Source: an uncultured bacterium | GTDB lineage: Bacteria > SAR324 > NAC60-12 | NCBI GenBank assembly: GCA_965662235.1 | Contig: CBFIGY010000002.1 | Location: 192,001 to 256,000 of the forward strand | Length of the DNA: 64,000 bases | Reading direction: 5' to 3' | Part shown: piece after piece, positions 57,754 through 64,000 of the stretch | Layout: each line of letters begins with the position of its first letter | How positions within the stretch are numbered: position 1 is the stretch's first letter | Translations under genes and position numbers: made by a program | The notes under the pieces: generated by a model | Told to the model about the DNA's origin: nothing | The model's database searches: none | Seen by the model: only the letters and a program-made list of their open reading frames with translations

Positions 57754-59544
57754 ATGGAGCAGCAAGTGCGTGTGGAGTACCGCAACTTGGTTGAGATGTT
57801 GGAGGATTCGGTCCGAAAGTACCAAGACCTCCCGCTGTATGGAACCAAGCGGAACGGCGTTTACGAGTGGACCACGTATCAGGAGTTCGCTCACCTGGTG
57901 GACCAGTTCCGGGGGGGACTTGCCACGCTCGGGGTTCAGCCCGGTGACAAGGTGGCCATCATCAGTCGCAACACGCTGCAGTGGGCCGTTGGCGCTTATG
58001 CCGCTTACGGACTCAAGGCCCAGTACGTTCCGATGTATGAGACCCAGTTGGCGAAGGAGTGGGAGTACATCACCCGTGACTGTGGCGCCACCGTTTTGCT
58101 GGTTTCCAACCGCAGCGTCTATGACCAGGTCGCAGACCTCCCCAACCAGCTTCCGGACCTGAAGCAGGTCGTCTTGCTTGAAGGCGGAGGCGTGGAGCAC
58201 ACCTGGGAATCGCTGCTGGAGGTTGGACGTGCACAGCCTGTAGACGCGCAGCATCCGGAACTGGAAGACCCGATGGGGATGATCTACACCTCCGGAACGA
58301 CAGGGAACCCGAAGGGCGTCGTCCTGAGTCACAAGAACATGCTCTTCGAAATTGCCTCCGGCCTGATTGTCCTGCGCCTCGGGTGGCAACCGGGTCCGAT
58401 GAAGAGCCTCTGCTTCCTTCCCTGGGCCCACGTGTTTGGGCAGGTGGTGGAGGTCCATGCTCTCATTCAAGAGGGCGGGTGTGCGGCGTTGGTGGAAGAC
58501 GTCAACACGCTGGTGGATGAGCTGGGCGTGGTGCAGCCCACGGTCTTCTTCGCTGTTCCTCGGGTGTACAACCGCATTTACGATCGTCTGCTGGGGCAGA
58601 TGCGGGAAAAGCCGGCTCCCATCCGGGCCCTGTTCCACGCCGGCCTCGAGCGGGCCAAGCGTGAACGGGAAGGCGAGGTACTCGGAGGCATGGACCGGTT
58701 TCTGCTCGGGCTGGCCCGCAAGATCATCTTCAGCAAGGTGCAGAAGCGCTTTGGCGGACGACTCAAGATGGCCGTCAGCGGCGCCAGTGCCCTCAGTCCG
58801 GAAGTTGCTGAGTTTGTCAACGATCTGGGCATTGACGTTTATGAAGGCTACGGCCTCAGCGAAAACACCGCGGCTCTGGCGGTCAATTACAAGGGCGCCC
58901 GGAAGTTTGGCACCGTCGGAAAGCCTCTCCCTGGGGTCCGGATTGAAATCGACCACAGCGTCGAGGGTTCTGTGGAAGGGGACGGTGAAATCATCGCCTA
59001 TGGTGACAACATCATGATGGGCTACCACAACCTTCCGGACCGGACGGCTGCGGTCCTGCAGGAAGACGGAGGCCTGCGTACCGGAGACCTAGGAAATTTT
59101 GACGACGAGGGATTTCTGCGGATCACCGGTCGGGTGAAGGAGCAGTTCAAGTTGGAGAACGGACGTTACGTTGCACCAGCGCCGCTGGAGGAGTCCCTGA
59201 AGCTCAGCCCGTTCATCAATCAGGCCATGATCTGTGGCCTCGGGCGTCCCTACACGGTGGCGCTGCTGGTCGTGGAAATGGAGTACATCCGGAGCTATGC
59301 CGAACGGCATCAGCAATCTGGAAGCGATGAGGAGCTGCTGACCAGTGAGCTGCTGGCCAACCGACTGGAACGGGACATTGCGAAGTACGGAACCGGCTTC
59401 AAGGGCTATGAAGTTCCCAAACGCTACAAGCTGCTGACTGAGGAGTGGAGCATTGAAAACGGGTTGCTCACTCCAACCCTGAAGCTCAAGCGCAACGTCG
59501 TTGAGGACCGCTTCCAGAGTGAGATCGAATCGCTCTACGGATAG
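57754..59544 (+). CDS. Long-chain fatty acid-CoA ligase
   Basis: YTSGTTGNPKG, EGYGLSE, RTGDLG, ITGRVKE, LTPTLKLKR. Confidence 0.93.
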   Translation: MEQQVRVEYRNLVEMLEDSVRKYQDLPLYGTKRNGVYEWTTYQEFAHLVDQFRGGLATLGVQPGDKVAIISRNTLQWAVGAYAAYGLKAQYVPMYETQLAKEWEYITRDCGATVLLVSNRSVYDQVADLPNQLPDLKQVVLLEGGGVEHTWESLLEVGRAQPVDAQHPELEDPMGMIYTSGTTGNPKGVVLSHKNMLFEIASGLIVLRLGWQPGPMKSLCFLPWAHVFGQVVEVHALIQEGGCAALVEDVNTLVDELGVVQPTVFFAVPRVYNRIYDRLLGQMREKPAPIRALFHAGLERAKREREGEVLGGMDRFLLGLARKIIFSKVQKRFGGRLKMAVSGASALSPEVAEFVNDLGIDVYEGYGLSENTAALAVNYKGARKFGTVGKPLPGVRIEIDHSVEGSVEGDGEIIAYGDNIMMGYHNLPDRTAAVLQEDGGLRTGDLGNFDDEGFLRITGRVKEQFKLENGRYVAPAPLEESLKLSPFINQAMICGLGRPYTVALLVVEMEYIRSYAERHQQSGSDEELLTSELLANRLERDIAKYGTGFKGYEVPKRYKLLTEEWSIENGLLTPTLKLKRNVVEDRFQSEIESLYG

Positions 59545-59547
59545 GCT

Positions 59548-61410
59548 TTAGGCGGCCTGGGCGGGGTCTTCGCTCAGGGTCTCATCTGGGGCCAAGAAGC
59601 CTCCGGACTGCCGTTTCCAGAGGTCGGCGTAAATGGTGGAATGCTGAACCAGCTCCGCATGGGTTCCTGCTTCCACCACCACGCCCTGGTCAATGACAAT
59701 CAGGCGATCCAGCTGCGCAATCGTTGAGAGGCGATGCGCAATGGCGATCACGGTCTTCCCTTCCATCAGCCGGAGCAGGTTCTCCTGAATCGCGGCCTCT
59801 ACCTCTGAATCAAGCGCCGAGGTGGCTTCATCTAGCACCAGCAGAGGTGCATTCTTGAGGAAGACGCGGGCAATGGCGATCCGTTGCCGCTGTCCTCCAG
59901 AAAGCTTCACCCCCCGCTCTCCGACATGGGCGTCCAGCCCCACCCGTCCCTGTGAATCCTCCAGTCCCTGAATGAAGTCCCAGGCGTTGGCCTGCTGGGC
60001 GGCAGTGATCACCTCGGCGTCTGTGGCATCCGGAGCCGAGTAGGCAATGTTGTCCCGGATCGACCGGTGCAGGAGCGAGGTGTCCTGCGTGACCACCCCA
60101 ATGTAGGAACGGAGCTGGTCCTGGGGAACGGTGGCAATGTTCTGGCCGTCAATGCGGATTTCCCCGGACTCCAGGTCATAGAACCGCAGCAGCAGGTTCA
60201 TGAGGGTGGTCTTGCCCGCTCCGGACCGTCCCACCAGCCCCACCTTTTCTCCCGGACGGATGCGCAGCGTGAGGTCGCTGATGACGCCGCTGCCCTTGCC
60301 ATAGTGGAAGCCGATGCGGTCGAAGGCGATCTCGCCCTCCTGCACCTTCAGGGGCTTTGCCTGTGGGGCATCCACAACCGTGTGAGGCTTCGTCAGCATC
60401 GCCATGCCGTCGTGCACCACCCCGATGTTTTCAAACAGAGCCGACACTTCCCACATGATCCACTGAGACATTCCGTTGATGCGCAGACACAGTCCAATGG
60501 CAATGGCAATCGCCCCCACCGACACCACGGCATTCAGCCACAACCAGATGGAGATCGCAGCCACGCCAAACACCACCACCGCGTTGTTGAGGTAGACGCT
60601 GATCTGAAACAACGTGACCAGGCGCATCTGTCCATGAACCGTGTTCAGGAACCCGTCCATGCTCTCCCGGGCATAAGCCGCCTCGCGTCCGGCATGGGAG
60701 AAGAGTTTGACCGTGGCAATGTTGGTGTAGCTGTCGACGACCCGTCCGGTCATCAGCGAACGGGCATCGGCTTGGGCACTGGAGACCCGCTTGAGCCGGG
60801 GGACAAAGTAACGGATGAGGGAGACGTACACCAGCAGCCACAGCAGCAGCGGCAACGTCAGCTTCCAATCGGAAGACGCCACCAGCACCAGCATTGAGAG
60901 GAAGTACACGCCGACGTAAACAAAGACATCGAGCAGCTTCATCACACACTCCCGGATGGAGAGTGAGGTCTGCATCACCTTGGTGGCCACCCGTCCGGCA
61001 AACTCGCTGGCAAAGAACTCCATGCTCTGCCGGAGCAGGGACTGGTGCATCTGCCAGCGTGCGATCATGGGGACGTTCCCCAAGAGGGTCTGGTGAATGA
61101 GAAAGGACTGGAGGGCCACAATGGCTGGTAGTCCCACCAGCAGTACACTGCCCATCCAGATGAGGGTGCCTTGCTCCCGGGCCAGGAAGCCCTCCCGGTC
61201 TGCGGAAGAGAGCCAGTCCACAATGCTGCCCAGGAACCCGAACAGGTACACCTCTCCGGCAGCAATGAGGGCCGTGATCAGAGACATGAAGAGCAGCCAT
61301 CCTGCGGCAGGGCGCGTGTAGTGCCAGCAGAAGGCCAGGAAGCCTTGAGGAGGAGGCGTTGATTCGGCGTCTGGGAACGGGTTGAGACGGGCTTCAAACC
61401 AGGAAAACAT
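59548..61410 (-). CDS. ABC exporter, fused permease/ATPase
   Basis: TM domain plus GRSGAGKTT, LSGGQRQR, LDEATSALD, IAHRLST. Confidence 0.93.
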   Translation of the reverse strand: MFSWFEARLNPFPDAESTPPPQGFLAFCWHYTRPAAGWLLFMSLITALIAAGEVYLFGFLGSIVDWLSSADREGFLAREQGTLIWMGSVLLVGLPAIVALQSFLIHQTLLGNVPMIARWQMHQSLLRQSMEFFASEFAGRVATKVMQTSLSIRECVMKLLDVFVYVGVYFLSMLVLVASSDWKLTLPLLLWLLVYVSLIRYFVPRLKRVSSAQADARSLMTGRVVDSYTNIATVKLFSHAGREAAYARESMDGFLNTVHGQMRLVTLFQISVYLNNAVVVFGVAAISIWLWLNAVVSVGAIAIAIGLCLRINGMSQWIMWEVSALFENIGVVHDGMAMLTKPHTVVDAPQAKPLKVQEGEIAFDRIGFHYGKGSGVISDLTLRIRPGEKVGLVGRSGAGKTTLMNLLLRFYDLESGEIRIDGQNIATVPQDQLRSYIGVVTQDTSLLHRSIRDNIAYSAPDATDAEVITAAQQANAWDFIQGLEDSQGRVGLDAHVGERGVKLSGGQRQRIAIARVFLKNAPLLVLDEATSALDSEVEAAIQENLLRLMEGKTVIAIAHRLSTIAQLDRLIVIDQGVVVEAGTHAELVQHSTIYADLWKRQSGGFLAPDETLSEDPAQAA

Positions 61411-61513
61411 AGAGCATCAGCTGGAGGTCAGAGGGGTGCAGGCATGGATCTCCCAGCAGAATGGACAGAAGCCCGGGAAGTGACAACCTGAAAAACCGAA
61501 GGCCGCCTTCCGT

Positions 61514-61990
61514 TCAGAAGTAGCACCGCAGCAGGATCAGGGTGGGCAGGTCGGCTCCGGGAGCCTTCAGGTACATGCGGTGCTCCTGAGGCAAGGCAAA
61601 GTCTTCCTTCATCTGGTTGAAGCGCCGGTTCCGGTTGCTGGCGGTGCAGACCAGCGGGCCCTCCAGCACCTGTTCCCCCTTGCGACAGCCCAGGGTTTTG
61701 CCCTCTGCAATCAGCTCACTCCCCAGGGTGGTCCAGAATTTACCCACATCACAGCTCCAGCCTGTGATTTCCGCAAGGGTGCCTTCGTTCACCACCGGAA
61801 TCGTTTCATAAGGCCCGCCTGGTCCTTCTCGGAACACCAGGACCTCCCACTTGAAAAAGTCTGCCTGAGCCGCCCAGGGACTCCCAAGCAGCAGCAGCCC
61901 CAGTAGCAGGCTCTTGCTCCAAAATCGGGAAACGTGCCCGGAGGCGCCCGCCTCATTGAATGTTTCTGGGAGGTGTGAAAAACTGATCAT
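61514..61990 (-). CDS. Hypothetical exported protein
   Basis: Signal-like segment ending AQA-DF, four Cys. The true start is probably downstream of 61990. Confidence 0.55.
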   Translation of the reverse strand: MISFSHLPETFNEAGASGHVSRFWSKSLLLGLLLLGSPWAAQADFFKWEVLVFREGPGGPYETIPVVNEGTLAEITGWSCDVGKFWTTLGSELIAEGKTLGCRKGEQVLEGPLVCTASNRNRRFNQMKEDFALPQEHRMYLKAPGADLPTLILLRCYF

Positions 61991-62039
61991 TCTTGGGTTT
62001 CCGCCTTAATTTTGACACCTTTTCAGTAGGCCCCTTTCT

Positions 62040-62531
62040 ATGAGCGAAGACAACTCGATTTTCCAGGCCCATACCGTCCTCTCCGAAGAGTGGGAATTGA
62101 TGATGGATCAACTGTTTATGGGTTGCATTCATCGATCCAAACACGGGCTTTCCATGTACACGAACACCATGCGCGCCCGAACCGATGACAAAGTCGGGTT
62201 TGTGATGACGGATGTGAGCTTCCGTGTCAAGAATGGCCTAGACTCGAAGCTGCAGAAGGCCCTGAAGATTGAGCGGTCCGATTTCGACAGCCTCCTAGAG
62301 ATTGAACGGTCTTCGTCTCCGGTGGTCTATGATTTTTTCAAAGTTACCGATACAGTATTACCGAACAATGCTTTGATCAATTTTGTCCACGCAGGTGACC
62401 GTCACGCGATTTTGGTGTTCTCTCCCATTGAAGGACGCCTGGAGATGATGCGTGTGATCAACACCTTCAACAGCATTCTGGACCCTGAAGGGCAGCAGGC
62501 AGCAGAAGCCGGTCAGGCTCCAGAAGCGTAG
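62040..62531 (+). CDS. Hypothetical protein upstream of lon
   Basis: 163-aa ORF with globular-looking composition filling the gap before lon. Confidence 0.7.
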   Translation: MSEDNSIFQAHTVLSEEWELMMDQLFMGCIHRSKHGLSMYTNTMRARTDDKVGFVMTDVSFRVKNGLDSKLQKALKIERSDFDSLLEIERSSSPVVYDFFKVTDTVLPNNALINFVHAGDRHAILVFSPIEGRLEMMRVINTFNSILDPEGQQAAEAGQAPEA

Positions 62532-62565
62532 CGTGGACTCACCCTCTCTGCGTAAAACGTGACCT

Positions 62566-64000
62566 ATGCCTGACGACTCCCCCCTTGACTCCGAGTTGAA
62601 TCCGGACGACCCGTCCCCGGAGGTGGAGATTCTCGAAGCCACCCCGGAGGATCAGTCCATCATTCTCGCAAGTGAGCTGTTCCCAGAACAGCTCATCCTG
62701 GTTCCGTTGTACGACCGGCCCCTCTTTCCCAAGATGATGCTCCCTGTGGTGATCAGCAACACCGAGTTGGAGCAGAAGCTGCTGGAAGAAATCAAGAAGG
62801 AGCTGAAGTTCATCGGCCTCGTGTACACCCGCCAAGACGAGGACGACGACGATGAGGCACCCGGAGAGCCCGCTTCTGTGGGCGTCGTTGCCCGGATTGT
62901 CCAGGCGACCAAGCCTCAGCCGAACATCCCCCTTCACATTGTCGTGCAGGTGCAGGATCGGTTTGACCTGACTCAGATCCTCACCCGGGAGCCCCTCATG
63001 CGGGCCCAGGTGAGCTACTGGTACGACACGCCCGACAATGGTCAAGGAGACGACCTCAAGGCCTACTCCCTCTCTGTCATCAACATCATCAAGGAGCTTG
63101 TCCAGCTCAACCCGCTCTTCAAGGAGGAATTGGGCCTGCTCATGGGGCGGATCAACCTCAAGGAGCCCGGAACCCTGGCGGACTTTGCCGCCTCCATGAC
63201 CACTTCCAGCGGTGAAGAGCTGCAGAAGGTTCTGGAAACCCGTCCCATCAAGAAACGCATTGAGTACGTCCTCTGGCTCCTGCGCAAGGAGCTGGAAGTT
63301 GCCCAGTTGCAGACCCGGATCTCCAAGCGCATTGAAGAGCGCATGAGCCAGCAGCAGCGAGAATTCTTCCTCCGGGAGCAGCTCAAGGAGATCAAGAAGG
63401 AGCTTGGCCTCACCAAGGAAGGCTCCGAAAGCGAGGTGGACAAGTTTCAGGCCCGCCTCAAGAAACTCAAGCTCTCTGACGAAGCCCGGGACCGCTTTGC
63501 GGAGGAACTCGAAAAGTTCCGGCTCCTCGAACCCTCCTCCCCTGAATACAACGTCAGCCGCGCCTACTTGGACTGGCTGACCGTGCTGCCGTGGGGCGTT
63601 TACAGCAAGGACCGCTACGACCTCAAGCGGGCCCGGACGGTTCTCGACCGTGACCACGCCGGCCTCAAGGACGTCAAGGATCGGATCCTGGAGCTGCTCT
63701 CTGTGGGCATGATCAAGGGAGACCTTGCAGGGTCGATTGTTCTGCTGGTCGGCCCCCCCGGAGTCGGAAAAACCTCCATTGGTCAGTCGGTCGCCAAGGC
63801 GGTAGGACGGAAGTTCTTCCGCTTCAGCCTCGGCGGCATGCGGGATGAGGCCGAGATCAAGGGGCACCGCCGGACCTACATTGGCGCCCTGCCCGGAAAG
63901 TTCCTCAACGCCCTCAAAACCGCCAAGACCTCGAATCCGGTGATCATGCTGGATGAGATCGACAAGATTGGCGCCAGCTTCCAAGGAGACCCCGCTTCGG
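62566..64000 (+). CDS. lon: Lon (endopeptidase La), truncated by the window end
   Basis: Manual translation from ATG 62566: [65 protein letters not shown]. Confidence 0.96.
   Translation, partial: MPDDSPLDSELNPDDPSPEVEILEATPEDQSIILASELFPEQLILVPLYDRPLFPKMMLPVVISNTELEQKLLEEIKKELKFIGLVYTRQDEDDDDEAPGEPASVGVVARIVQATKPQPNIPLHIVVQVQDRFDLTQILTREPLMRAQVSYWYDTPDNGQGDDLKAYSLSVINIIKELVQLNPLFKEELGLLMGRINLKEPGTLADFAASMTTSSGEELQKVLETRPIKKRIEYVLWLLRKELEVAQLQTRISKRIEERMSQQQREFFLREQLKEIKKELGLTKEGSESEVDKFQARLKKLKLSDEARDRFAEELEKFRLLEPSSPEYNVSRAYLDWLTVLPWGVYSKDRYDLKRARTVLDRDHAGLKDVKDRILELLSVGMIKGDLAGSIVLLVGPPGVGKTSIGQSVAKAVGRKFFRFSLGGMRDEAEIKGHRRTYIGALPGKFLNALKTAKTSNPVIMLDEIDKIGASFQGDPAS

Noticed and set aside
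62539..63984. 481-aa - strand ORF
   Set aside because: Antisense shadow of lon.

Overview
GC-rich (about 60% by eye) chromosomal window from a flagellated Gram-negative bacterium. The gene style is compatible with a deltaproteobacteria-like lineage such as SAR324, but that is inference only. The left end holds a flagellar locus: a short flagellin running off the window edge with a leader of GGA hairpins, two fliS genes, a giant 1073-aa fliD and a 585-aa flagellin with a consensus sigma-28 promoter. Next to it lies an apparently non-coding, densely hairpinned ~1.6 kb segment (about 1635-3290) with internal repeats and complementary ends, which is the best candidate for an undescribed element (large structured RNA). 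The rest comprises metabolic and housekeeping genes (CoA transferase, alkA-like, CoA ligases, mutY, AKR, SDR, mscS, livGFHM-like ABC transporter), a complete alternative complex III operon (actABCDEF), sohB-tpm-kdsB-uppS-cdsA-dxr-rseP, cobO, murJ, an atypical ExbBD/TonB-C module, ilvC, an EVE protein, an ABC exporter and the 5' part of lon. There is also an orphan CI-like repressor with its operator and a small SutA-like protein. TCCGGA is strongly over-represented. No rRNA, tRNA, cas genes, transposases or integrases were recognised. All assignments come from motif recognition by eye; no searches were run.
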